Of a stretch of 64,000 nt of DNA, positions 53,257-62,802 are shown piece by piece. The notes under the pieces were generated by a model that saw only the letters and a list, made by a program, of their open reading frames with translations, searched no databases and was not told the DNA's origin. How positions within the stretch are numbered: position 1 is the stretch's first letter; each line of letters opens with the position of its first letter. The DNA lies in assembly GCA_963791045.1 (NCBI GenBank), contig CAWBQK010000010.1, positions 47,839-111,838 of the forward strand, read 5' to 3'. Origin of the DNA: Candidatus Latescibacterota bacterium. GTDB lineage: Bacteria; Krumholzibacteriota; Krumholzibacteriia; WVZY01. Both the position numbers and the translations under genes were made by a program.

Positions 53257-53322
53257 AAAAGGGGAACCGGTCTCAGTAAGCGCCGCCCCTGATCGGCAAT
53301 TACTTCAACTCGATTCCCCTTT
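53257..53322 (-). terminator. Long hairpin terminator after the DUF4384-like gene
   Basis: AAAGGGGAATCG...AGTAA..GCCG-loop-CGGC..TTACT...CGGTTCCCC followed by TTTT. Confidence 0.6.
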
Positions 53323-53428
53323 AACATGGTCGGCCTCACAAACCAGCCTGCTTGTGTCGCTCCTCACTTTTGAGCGATTCTTGCTACCAGCCAACCAAAC
53401 CCGTCAGCAACGATGGGGTTGAACCCTT

Positions 53429-54688
53429 CTAAGACTTCGTACGCTTTTTGATCGTCGTCTTTTTGACGGTCGTTCTTTCGTTCCGCACGACGTCTTGACT
53501 TGCGCTTTTACGCGCAGGTTTTTTCTCAACTTTGGTTCTGTTCGACTTCGCCGATTCGCGCTTTGTGTTCGATTTCTTCACGACTTCTTTTGATTCGAGC
53601 TGCCGGCGGATCTTCGCCGAGTTCTCTTTGCTCTTTATAAAGTCGTCGCGAGAGGATCGAACCACGCGGTTTTTCCGCACGGTGTCCGATTGATTTACGG
53701 GCCTGACCGTCGTCGAACGGCGAACGACCCGCTGCGTTTTCTCAATTGTTGGAGCGGTTGTTATCCGCTTTTTCCCTTCGATAGGCCGTACGCGACGCTC
53801 GGCGCCCGCGCCCTCCCGGAACTTCCGGTTATCGGGATGCGACGGCTTGCGGCGCTCATCGGCCCTGGGATCCCGCACCCGGACATCATTTATGTCCTTC
53901 CCACCGGTGCGGTTGATTCGCGTGTATTCCGCATATTCGTTCCGGACCTCAACGGTCGGTCGAAGCACTCTGTACGGGTCCCGTGTGTGAACCCGATAGT
54001 GCCTGTGCGCGGCACAGTGGCCGCCACAGTGCTGGTGCCATCCGACACAGAGATAGCTCGGATAGCGGACATATTCCCTGACATAGAATCTCGCGTAGCT
54101 CACGGCCACATGGCCGCGGCGGCATCCGTGAGGAAGGATCGAGAGATAGAATAGTTTCGAGGCAACAAAAGGGTCACCGTAAACCTGGAAACCGATCCTC
54201 GGCCCAAACACTCCCACGCCATACGATGCATAACTGAACGGGACCGGGCTCGAAACGGCGTACGCAAACGCAACGCCTCGACCAAAATACCCGTCGTTGA
54301 AACCGTAATCGCGAAGGTCGAACCTGTACACCCTGCCGCCGACGAGAAATGCGTTGTCGCGCGGAGAGAGCGGATGAATCACGTGCAGGAAGCCCTCGGT
54401 GTCAATTACGTAAACGGTCGTGTAACAACTTCTCGACGCGCGGACATTGAGGACCACGTCGTCTGAGCTCGCGTACACATCGTATGCATATCCGGTGCCG
54501 TTATCGTAATCGTCATAATAGGTGTTGTTCCCATACCCCTCGTCCAGCCACACCCTCACATCGACCGGCGCCGAAGAGTAGACCAATTCTACTCTGAGAC
54601 CCGCGTTCGAGTTGGCAATCCATGCGGTGGAGAGCACCAGGGTTGCGGCGAAAACCAGAAACATCATCTTGATAGCTGTTGATCTCAT
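53429..54688 (-). CDS. Exported DUF4384-like protein with His/Cys patch and long basic tail
   Basis: Signal peptide; VDVRVWLD, VRASRSCY..VYVIDTEG.LHVIHP, YAVSSPVPF; Arg/Lys-rich C-terminus. Confidence 0.65.
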   Translation of the reverse strand: MRSTAIKMMFLVFAATLVLSTAWIANSNAGLRVELVYSSAPVDVRVWLDEGYGNNTYYDDYDNGTGYAYDVYASSDDVVLNVRASRSCYTTVYVIDTEGFLHVIHPLSPRDNAFLVGGRVYRFDLRDYGFNDGYFGRGVAFAYAVSSPVPFSYASYGVGVFGPRIGFQVYGDPFVASKLFYLSILPHGCRRGHVAVSYARFYVREYVRYPSYLCVGWHQHCGGHCAAHRHYRVHTRDPYRVLRPTVEVRNEYAEYTRINRTGGKDINDVRVRDPRADERRKPSHPDNRKFREGAGAERRVRPIEGKKRITTAPTIEKTQRVVRRSTTVRPVNQSDTVRKNRVVRSSRDDFIKSKENSAKIRRQLESKEVVKKSNTKRESAKSNRTKVEKKPARKSASQDVVRNERTTVKKTTIKKRTKS

Positions 54689-55554
54689 CGCGCACCTCCT
54701 TGCTCAGGGGTTAGCTCCGGGTTACCAGGACTCTCCTGGTACGCCCAATCCAGTACAACCAGGTCTAGACTGGCCGACTGGCAGTACACTTTCGCGTAGT
54801 AGTAGTAATCATCGCTTTTGTTGAGCATTTGAACTACGTAGCTGTGTCCCGGAATCATCTCAACCCGCTTGGAGGGAGACCAACCTTCCTCGATATCGGG
54901 GGCCCAATCAACGAAATCCAACTCGATGTATCCATAATCCTGAACGTCTACTCCGTCCCCTATCGAATTTCCCTTTCCAAACAGCGTAGGAATGCCGCTT
55001 GGGGAGCCGAAGTAGACGTCCGTCGTCGGATTATCCCAGGTCTGAACGGTGTATTTCGAGAAGTCGTAACCGCTCGGACCTGCGCTCTGCCCCAAATAGT
55101 CACGTAAGACAAGACCCGTACCCGCCGGACGCGGTGTATCAAAAATCACTTCGCTGGGTTCGCTTACCTGCCCAGCTCTGTTATATGCGCGAAGTTTGTA
55201 AAAATAGGTGAAACCATTATCAACATCAGTATCGACAAAGTAGGTTCGGTGCAAAGGAACCGACACCATGTATTCGAAATCACCGTCATATGCGTCGCTC
55301 CAGAAAATGTCGTAACCCTCGAGGTCCGTTTCTGTGTTGGCGTTCCAGTTGATCTCGATCCACTGATCCCCAGTAATACTATAGACGCCAGCTGGTGCGG
55401 CAGGCGGAGTGGCTACGATGACCGGGTCATCACAGTCGTCGCAGCACCCCGCAAGAAGTAAAATCGAAAGGATGGCGGCTGCCGCCAGCAGCTGTCTTGT
55501 AGCAACGATGAGGAATCGTTCAGTCGGGTAACTTATTCTCAGCAACGTTTTCAT
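54685..55554 (-). CDS. Lipoprotein with fibronectin type III domain
   Basis: Lipobox LAGC; PPAAPAGVYSITGD..IEINW.AN.E.DLEGY...NGFTYFYKLRAYN.AG..SEPS. Confidence 0.8.
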   Translation of the reverse strand: MKTLLRISYPTERFLIVATRQLLAAAAILSILLLAGCCDDCDDPVIVATPPAAPAGVYSITGDQWIEINWNANTETDLEGYDIFWSDAYDGDFEYMVSVPLHRTYFVDTDVDNGFTYFYKLRAYNRAGQVSEPSEVIFDTPRPAGTGLVLRDYLGQSAGPSGYDFSKYTVQTWDNPTTDVYFGSPSGIPTLFGKGNSIGDGVDVQDYGYIELDFVDWAPDIEEGWSPSKRVEMIPGHSYVVQMLNKSDDYYYYAKVYCQSASLDLVVLDWAYQESPGNPELTPEQGGAR

Positions 55555-55570
55555 TACAGCCTTCTCTAGC

Positions 55571-55585
55571 GCAAGCTACGTGCCA
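55571..55585 (-). promoter_or_regulatory. Sigma54 (-24/-12) promoter of the FN3-DUF4384 operon
   Basis: TGGCACGTAGCTTGC, an exact TGGCACG-N4-TTGC consensus. Confidence 0.8.
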
Positions 55586-55717
55586 CGAGTGAACAGAGGC
55601 CGCCCACAGCGGACAAATAGGCCATATATAATTGTTTTATAGAGTATTACGCTATTTTAGCGCTTGAGGATAATGCCCCAATTGAGCGCTTTTGACACTC
55701 GAAAGCACCTAAAAACC

Positions 55718-55755
55718 GTGTCTATCCATTGACACGTGTCCTGATTTTGGGACAC
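55718..55755. promoter_or_regulatory. Tandem palindromes, candidate enhancer (UAS) for a sigma54 activator
   Basis: GTGTC-N8-GACAC directly followed by GTGTC-N10-GACAC, ~135-170 bp upstream of the -24 element. Confidence 0.55.
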
Positions 55756-55860
55756 AGCACAAAGACGCTTTGATATGGGGATTTCAGGGTTTGAAAGGGT
55801 GGATACGGGCGTTTGACAGGGAGATTAAACGAGTGAGGATCGGCGAAACTGCGGGCATAG

Positions 55861-56132
55861 AAAAAAGCTGACGGTCACGACTCCAGGAGTTAATGTTCGA
55901 GACCCCACCTCTCGAAATTAACGGACTCCGCATAGCTGGCAGCTGTGCCTCTGGAGAAACCGTGACCGTCAGCTCTCAATGCAACCTGACGGTCGCAAAA
56001 CTTGTCGAGAAAAGCCTCTGAAAACTCTTCTCTGGCTCCGAAATCTAAGGACTTGGATTCTTGGGGAACGAGTCCCCAAGAATCCTTTCCCCCACCAGTT
56101 GGAAGTTCCTTACGCACGGGATGACTTCCGTA
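55861..56132 (-). ncRNA. Candidate sigma54-dependent structured RNA (~270 nt)
   Basis: Starts at the predicted +1 of a sigma54 promoter; 13-bp and 14-bp perfect stems plus smaller hairpins; ends in a stem followed by a U-run. Confidence 0.55.
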
Positions 56133-56143
56133 CATTTACTAGG

Positions 56144-56158
56144 GCAAGCCATGTGCCA
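56144..56158 (-). promoter_or_regulatory. Second sigma54 (-24/-12) promoter
   Basis: TGGCACATGGCTTGC (GG-N10-GC). Confidence 0.75.
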
Positions 56159-56203
56159 AGAATCGGCCAATCCGGGCAAAATGCAATTTTATATCTTCTT
56201 ATT

Positions 56204-56216
56204 TATCAACATGTTA
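56204..56216 (+). promoter_or_regulatory. IHF-binding site
   Basis: TATCAACATGTTA matches WATCAANNNNTTR, with an adjacent AT tract, ~50 bp upstream of the sigma54 site. Confidence 0.6.
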
Positions 56217-56401
56217 CACAGGTAGGCGCCGTCCTACAGCGTGTAAGAATCGTCTCTTATTAAAAACATTTCTACACGTCGGTGACGGACGCACCTGAAG
56301 CGCCTATAGAGAAAAGACTTAACAGCAGTTAATAATGGTTATAAAAACTTTTAATAGGGGCGACTATCGAAGCCTTTAATTGGACGCACGCTATCGTAGC
56401 C

Positions 56402-59400
56402 TTAGTAGACGCGGATGTTATACCGCTTGATCTTGGAGAGAAGACTGGGGTAGCTGACGCCCAGCTCAATCGAGGTTTGAGACTTGTTCCACTTGTTTCG
56501 CTTGAGCGCCGCGAGGATCTCACGCTTCTCGAGCTCTTCGATCTGATCGCGAAGCGATGCCCCGTTCGAACTCGAACCGTTGCCGCGCGAGGCATGAACG
56601 ATTTCGCTGGGAAGATGGGCAAGACCCAACACCTCGCCATCATCAGCAAGGATCACGGCCCGTTTGACCACTTTCTCGAGCTCGCGGACATTACCCGGCC
56701 AGTGGTACGACTGCAGGAGTTCCATTCCATCATCCGTCACATCCGTGACAATCTTGTTCATCTCTCTCGAGTATTTCCTCAGATAATGGAAGAACAGGAG
56801 CGCGATGTCTTCCTTGCGGTTCCGAAGTGGCGGAACGCGCAGCGGAAAATCGTTGATGCGGTAGAAAAAGTCCTCGAGGAAACGGCCCTCGTGACACTGC
56901 GTCATAAGATTGACCTTGGACGCGCAGATTACCCGGACATCCACCGGATGGAGATCATTTGACCCAACCTTCCTGATCTTGGTCGAATCGAGGAACTGAA
57001 GAAGCTTGCCCTGCATCGAGAGCGTGGTTTTGCCGATCTCATCAAGGAATATGGTCCCGCCATCCGCGCGCGCCAGCAGACCCTCTTTGTCATGAACGGC
57101 TCCCGTAAACGCTCCCCTGACGTGCCCGAAAAGCTCGGACTCGAGCAGCGACTCGGGCATCGCCGCACAGTTGACATGGACGAATTGCTTGTCGCGACGG
57201 TCGCTGAGCAGATGGACCGCGTACGCGATCAACCCCTTACCCGTCCCTGTCTCACCCTGGAGCAAGACTGTCGCGTTCGAATGCGCCACCCGCTCGGACA
57301 GGTTGAGAAGCTTGATCATGTCGTTGTTCTCGGTGAGAATACTCTCGAAACCGCTCGCCGTGGGCTTTACCTTTGGCTCCCGCCGCTTCTCATTCCTGAT
57401 CAACTCGAATATGGAAAGAGAAATCAGTCGCGCGTATGCTCCCAGGAAATGCAGCGCTTCTTGTCCTATCGGCGTGTGTTCTTCCTCGCGGTCCTGATGG
57501 ACAAAAATCACGCCCAGGGTTTCGTCTTCAAAACCAAGCCCCTGGAAAACGAGTGTTCCCCTATCGGCCCGAAGTTTCTTGCGAACGTCCTGCAACTCGG
57601 GTTCATGCCCCAGCTCGGCGATCTTGAGTCCGTGTCCGTTCATCGCTGTCGAACCGGTATCGCTTTTTCTGTACCAGCCGAGCAGCGCCCTTGCGTCACG
57701 CCGTTCGAGATCCTGCACGGCAACGAGGTCGAAACCCTCACCCGTTGACCCGGGAATGGCAACAAACCCGCTCTGAGCATTGAGTTTGCCAATTATCAGT
57801 TTGAGCGATGCCCTGAAGCCCCGTTACGAGCTTCTCACGAGATCGCGACGCGCTCTGGATATCCCCAAACATGGGGATTTGTTCGAGAACACGCCGTGTG
57901 TCACGAGCCATCTTACCCTCGACTCTGCCCCGCATCGCCCGGAGAACATGGAGGAACTTGCCGCTGCGCTCGTCCTCGGCCAGACGAGTCGCCTCATAAA
58001 GGGCGAGAAGCGCATCATCGAGATTCCCAAGACGATCCTCGACGGTGGCGAGCAACAGCTGCGAAAGGATCTGGTCTCCCGGCTCCTCCATCTTGTGGAA
58101 CCCGACGACCGTTTCGGTCAAAACCCGTTTGGCTTTGAGCGACGATTCCTGATCGTCTTTTTTGAGATAGATCCGGCCAAGCCTTTGCTGCGAGAGGTAC
58201 TGTTCGTAGGGATTGCCATATTTACTAAAAAGCTCGACGCTCTTATCGAGACTCTCGATCGCTGCGTCGACATCCCCCGCCCGCAACGCGCAGAGGCCGC
58301 GAGTGCGGTGGAAGTAGCCAACCTCGTAAAACTCGCCACAGTTGTTGGCGATTTCAAGCCCCTCGCTGATCATCTTCTTCGCACGACGGGTGTCGTTGAG
58401 CAGATAATGAACATCGGCAACCCGGCGCATGATCTCCGCCGAAATATCGCCTTCCGGAGCGAGCTGTTTGGCTTTTTTGAGTGCGTTATTCAGGTTGGCC
58501 AGCGCCTCCTGGAGACGTCCCCGGCCGATCATGAGTTCACCGAGATACTCGTCGGCGAGAATCGACTCACGGCCGTAACCCAGGTCATTGGCCAGCGCCT
58601 GACCCCTCAGGATGAGCTTCTCCGCCTTGCAGAACTCGCCGCACTGGACGTAAGTCCGGCCCTTCATCAGAACGGCCTTCGTAAGCTTGTTCTGATCGCC
58701 AAGACGCTCGGCCATGTTCGACGCATTGGTGAACGCGCTGAGCGCGTCCGTGAAGCGGCGAAGCTTGGCGTATACGACACCGAGGTTGAGTTGAACGCGA
58801 ACGAGATGCTGGGAGAGACCCAACGATTTCGCCAGTTCGAGCGACTTCGACAACGAAGCAAGCGCTCGGTTCCAGCGGCATGCGTTCTTGTGCAGCAATC
58901 CGAGGTTATTATAAACGTATGCTATGCCGATCCGGTCTTCGATCCGGCGGTAGGAAGACAACGAATCCATAAAGAAGTCTTCCGCTTCGCTGGTCAGACC
59001 CAAACGGTGGTAGCAGTTGGCGAGGAGAAGCTGGACATCGGCCACTTCTCGATGCTCGCTCGAGTGCTTGAGCCGGCGATAAGCGCTGAAACCAATCTTC
59101 AACGCATCATCGTAGCTCCCTTGAGAATAAAGGATGTGCGCCTCCCGGTAGTCGACTTTTCCGAGTGACTCGAGAGGGGCGTCGTCGCCAAGGAGGCCTC
59201 TTGCCTGATCGAGAAGCGTCCAGGCCTCCTTGTAATTCCCTTTTTTTCTGTAACAATCGCCGATCCGGAGGTAAATCCGGAAGCGATCGGGGAAGTCTTT
59301 AATATCTTGGGATTCCAGCGATTTGCTGAAGTACTCAATCGCGGTCGAGTAGTTTTCGGTGGAGAAATGCATCTGCCCGATCTCCTCGTTCGGCGAGAAA

Positions 59401-59468
59401 ACCGAGTCAGGTTGCTGCCTCCGCTTATTATGCTGAAGCCCGTCTTTATCGTCCCGTGCGTTAGACAT
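56402..59468 (-). CDS. Sigma54-dependent activator: TPR array + GAF-like + AAA+ + HTH (~1020 aa), one frameshift near 57815
   Basis: TPRs (AYVYNNLGLLH.., VQLNLGVVY..); GETGTGK, ESELFGHVRGAFTGA, FLDEIG, WPGNVREL, C-terminal HTH. Removing one G from 'CAGGG' fuses the two track ORFs (LQASLKLIIGKLNAQSGFVAI..VQDLERR). Confidence 0.88.
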
Positions 59469-59542
59469 ATTCTACTTAGGTTCTGTGTGCTCTCAGCGCG
59501 CCGAAAACAGTATACTTACGATTCCGTTAGTACACGTCGTTA

Positions 59543-59842
59543 TCAGTACAGTCTGAAAGTCAAGATGTACATCCGCCATACGTCTGCGAACCTGGCCCGG
59601 ACGATAAAGTCGGAAACCGAAGTATCTATTGGTTTCTTCTTACCATCCTTCACACCGGCCAGATCATCCGCGTCCCCATCGTCACCACTCCACGCCGGGC
59701 CTGAACCGCCCGTCCTGGGAGTGATAATTTGCATAGTGGGAGAGTCCTGTGACTCAGGGGATTTGGCAAAAGACGCAGTAGCTGGATACACGAGCACCAG
59801 AGCCAAGATGGCTGCTAGAGTGATCAACACTGCCCGTTTCAT
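59543..59842 (-). CDS. Small secreted protein / candidate signalling pro-peptide (99 aa)
   Basis: AAGGAGA RBS; signal peptide MKRAVLITLAAILALVLVYPATASFA; acidic GDDGDADDL core; hydrophobic/basic C-terminus. Confidence 0.75.
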   Translation of the reverse strand: MKRAVLITLAAILALVLVYPATASFAKSPESQDSPTMQIITPRTGGSGPAWSGDDGDADDLAGVKDGKKKPIDTSVSDFIVRARFADVWRMYILTFRLY

Positions 59843-59927
59843 CCGACCATCATCTCCTTCGGGGGCCTTCCGCCCCACATGTGGAAACAGATTACCACAA
59901 TAGGTGATCTGATTAGTATCTAAGAGA

Positions 59928-59956
59928 ATATTAACTAGTATCTTACGTTATGTCAA
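59928..59956 (-). promoter_or_regulatory. Sigma70-type promoter for the peptide/TPR-activator pair
   Basis: TTGACA-17nt-TAATAT. Confidence 0.55.
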
Positions 59957-59959
59957 GCC

Positions 59960-61348
59960 TCAGGCTTCATTTTCCCCGTTCTCATCGTCCTCCCGGCTCG
60001 GCTTGTACGATATTCCGTATTTTTCAAGCTTTTTATACAAATTACTCCGCTGCATTCCGAGTTTTCTGGCCGTCTTGCTCACGTTGTATCCATACGTCCG
60101 GAGTTTCCTCAGGAAGAACTCCTTTTCGACCGATTCCCGGAAATCGTTGTAAGTCTCTTTTTCGAGAAATTGCTCCTCAAGATTCTTCGCCGGCCCGAGA
60201 AGCGGAAGGTCTTCGACGTCTATTATCGGTTTTTGCGTGAGGATTACCAGGCGCTCGATGAGGTTTTCGAGCTCTCTTATATTCCCCGGCCAGTTGTACT
60301 CGAGAAGTTCGGACATTGCTTTCTTCGAAATCTTCTTTGGCCGCTGCCCGAGTTCCAGGCCTGTTTCCTTGAGAAAGTGATCGATGAGAAGCGGCATGTC
60401 CGACGATCGTTTTCTAAGCGGCGGGACAATAATGGGCACGACGTTCAATCTGTAATAGAGATCTTCGCGGAAGGTCCCTTCGAGACTCTCTTTCTGGAGA
60501 TCCTTGTTCGTCGCCGCGATCACCCGCACATCCACCTTTCGCGTCTCCGTCCCTCCCACACGCTCGAACTGCGATTCCTGCAGAACCCGCAGGACCTTGG
60601 CCTGGGCCGAGTGGCTCATGTCGCCGACCTCGTCGAGAAAAAGCGTGCCGCCGTCGGCCAGCTCGAACTTCCCCACCCGTCTCGATACGGCTCCGGTGAA
60701 GGCGCCTTTTTCGTGACCAAAGAGTTCGCTCTCGATAAGCTCTTCCGGGATGGCCGCGCAGTTGACTTCAATGAAAGCCTCTTTCGCGCGTGCGCTCATC
60801 TCATGCACCGATCGTGCGACAAGCTCCTTACCCGTTCCGTTTTCGCCGATTATGAGGATTCGTGCGTTGGTCGGCGCGGCCTTCTCGAGCGTCTCCATGA
60901 TGGCGAGCATTTCCGGATGATCACCAATGATCTTTGTTTTTCGCTGAACCGCTGCCTTTAAGGTGATGTTTTCGGTGATGAGTTTTCTCTGTGCAAGGCC
61001 GTTACGAATAACGAGCATCATCCGGTCTGCGTCGATCGGTTTTTCGATAAAATCAAAAGCGCCGAGACGCGTGGCCTCGACCGCCGTCTGGATGGTTCCA
61101 TGGCCCGAGATGATAACTACGGGGAGTTCGGGTTGCGTTTTGTGCAGGCGGGAAAGAACCTCGAGGCCGTCCATACCCGGCATCTTGATGTCGAGGAGCA
61201 CCAGGTCGACGACCTCGTTCTCCGCTTTCTGAAGCGCGTCGAGACCGTCCTCGGCAAGCAGCACGTCGTACTTCTCGTACTCGAGGAGCCGGCGAAGGGT
61301 CTCGCGGATCCCTTTTTCGTCGTCTGCAACTAAAATTGTTTTGGGCAT
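59960..61348 (-). CDS. NtrC/NtrX-family sigma54 response regulator (REC-AAA+-HTH)
   Basis: ILVADDE, LLDIKMPGMDG, GENGTGKE, HEKGAFTGA, WPGNIREL. Confidence 0.93.
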   Translation of the reverse strand: MPKTILVADDEKGIRETLRRLLEYEKYDVLLAEDGLDALQKAENEVVDLVLLDIKMPGMDGLEVLSRLHKTQPELPVVIISGHGTIQTAVEATRLGAFDFIEKPIDADRMMLVIRNGLAQRKLITENITLKAAVQRKTKIIGDHPEMLAIMETLEKAAPTNARILIIGENGTGKELVARSVHEMSARAKEAFIEVNCAAIPEELIESELFGHEKGAFTGAVSRRVGKFELADGGTLFLDEVGDMSHSAQAKVLRVLQESQFERVGGTETRKVDVRVIAATNKDLQKESLEGTFREDLYYRLNVVPIIVPPLRKRSSDMPLLIDHFLKETGLELGQRPKKISKKAMSELLEYNWPGNIRELENLIERLVILTQKPIIDVEDLPLLGPAKNLEEQFLEKETYNDFRESVEKEFFLRKLRTYGYNVSKTARKLGMQRSNLYKKLEKYGISYKPSREDDENGENEA

Positions 61349-61542
61349 AAGATTGCGGGAATTTTGCGAACAGCTCTTAACTTTTCCTTCTCAATTACAT
61401 ATCATAATAACTGGCTGACTGGCTATCCTAAAATAGAGAATGGGCGCAGCGGCGACGGTGAAGCAACTCGAAAACCCGCCCCGATCCACCCAACCAAAGA
61501 CAACGCTATACTGATCGGACTACGGAACCTCCGGAGAATAGA

Positions 61543-62649
61543 ATGCAAGACCCCTCGCACGAACATGAAGACCCGACACTGGTTGACGGTAAGACCCACC
61601 TTCGTTGCTTAACGCTCGCCGAACTTGCGGGCTATGTCGAAGCGCTCGGCGAACCACGGTACAGAACGGACCAGATCACGTCCTGGGTCTACGAAAAGAT
61701 AGCTACGGATTTCTCGGATATGACAAACCTTCCGCTCACGCTCCGCACCAGGCTCGAGGAAACGGCGATGGTTGGGTCGCTCACCGACGTGTCGGTTCAA
61801 ATATCCAAGGTCGATGGGACGCGAAAATACCTCTTCAAACTCCACGATGGAAATGCCGTCGAAACCGTTCTCATGCCTCACGAGAAGCGAATCACGTTTT
61901 GCGTTTCGAGCCAGATCGGATGTCCGCTCGACTGCGTGTTTTGTCAGACATCGAAGGGCGTGTTTCAAAGAAATCTCACCCCGGGGGAAATCCTCGATCA
62001 GATTTGCTATTTAAAAAAGGACTGTCAGGAAGTGACCGACAAGGTGAACGTCGTTTTTATGGGGATGGGCGAACCGCTTCTCAACTACCGGTCTCTTGTT
62101 CAGACGATCGCCGTCTTGAATGAAGCGCCGGGTTTTGAGCTTGGCAGCAAGCGGGTAACGGTGTCCACATCGGGGCTTCCCCGCCGCATGCGAAACCTCG
62201 CCGACGAGGGACTCAAGTGCTCGCTTGCGTTGTCGCTCAACGCGACGACGGATATCAAGCGGCGCAGTTTGATGCCGGCGGTCTCCAAATACTCCATAAA
62301 GGAAGTCATCGACGCCGCCCGCTACTTTGCCGAAACGACCGGCCGGCGCGTCACGCTCGAATACGTCCTTTTGAAAGGCGAAAACACGTCGCTCGAAGAC
62401 GCCCGCCGCCTGGGAAAGATTTCGCGGCAGGGGCCTTTCAAACTGAACCTCATCCCCTATAACGCCGGACGAGACGGCGGGTTTGAAACCCTCGGAGACG
62501 CCGAGCTCCACGAGTTCATCCAGGAGCTCTTGCCGTATTCGCCGACGGTGACGGTGCGGCGAAGCAAGGGGCCCGATATCTTCGCCGCGTGCGGCCAGCT
62601 ATGGACGGAGAGCCTTGCGCCCATAAAAAAACCTGCAGAAGGAACCTAG
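61543..62649 (+). CDS. rlmN: 23S rRNA m2A2503 / tRNA radical SAM methyltransferase
   Basis: DGTRKYL, CVSSQIGCPLDCVFC, FMGMGEP, VTVSTSG, DIFAACGQL. Confidence 0.95.
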   Translation: MQDPSHEHEDPTLVDGKTHLRCLTLAELAGYVEALGEPRYRTDQITSWVYEKIATDFSDMTNLPLTLRTRLEETAMVGSLTDVSVQISKVDGTRKYLFKLHDGNAVETVLMPHEKRITFCVSSQIGCPLDCVFCQTSKGVFQRNLTPGEILDQICYLKKDCQEVTDKVNVVFMGMGEPLLNYRSLVQTIAVLNEAPGFELGSKRVTVSTSGLPRRMRNLADEGLKCSLALSLNATTDIKRRSLMPAVSKYSIKEVIDAARYFAETTGRRVTLEYVLLKGENTSLEDARRLGKISRQGPFKLNLIPYNAGRDGGFETLGDAELHEFIQELLPYSPTVTVRRSKGPDIFAACGQLWTESLAPIKKPAEGT

Positions 62650-62802
62650 GATTCGCGAGAGGAGGGATCTGTTCGGTTCCTTCCACAGGTTGGGCTGCGT
62701 ATTGCACGCAACTCACGGAGCGCACGAACTAACCACTTCTTGTATCGGCATCGATCTGGAGCGGCCGACACACAAGCGTCCGAAGACGGCCTGCGGAATT
62801 AG

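Noticed and set aside
55890-56135. 81-aa ORF over the candidate ncRNA
   Set aside because: The ATG lies at or just upstream of the predicted sigma54 +1, there is no RBS or recognisable motif, and the perfect stems are better explained by RNA structure. Not fully excluded.
56240-56360. Imperfect TGTAA/TTCTACA and AT-rich repeats as a UAS for the second sigma54 promoter
   Set aside because: The position is plausible but the symmetry is too weak to call without comparative data.
62650-62800. Short hairpins between convergent rlmN and the zincin gene
   Set aside because: Weak stems with no U-tract; insufficient to call a terminator or ncRNA.
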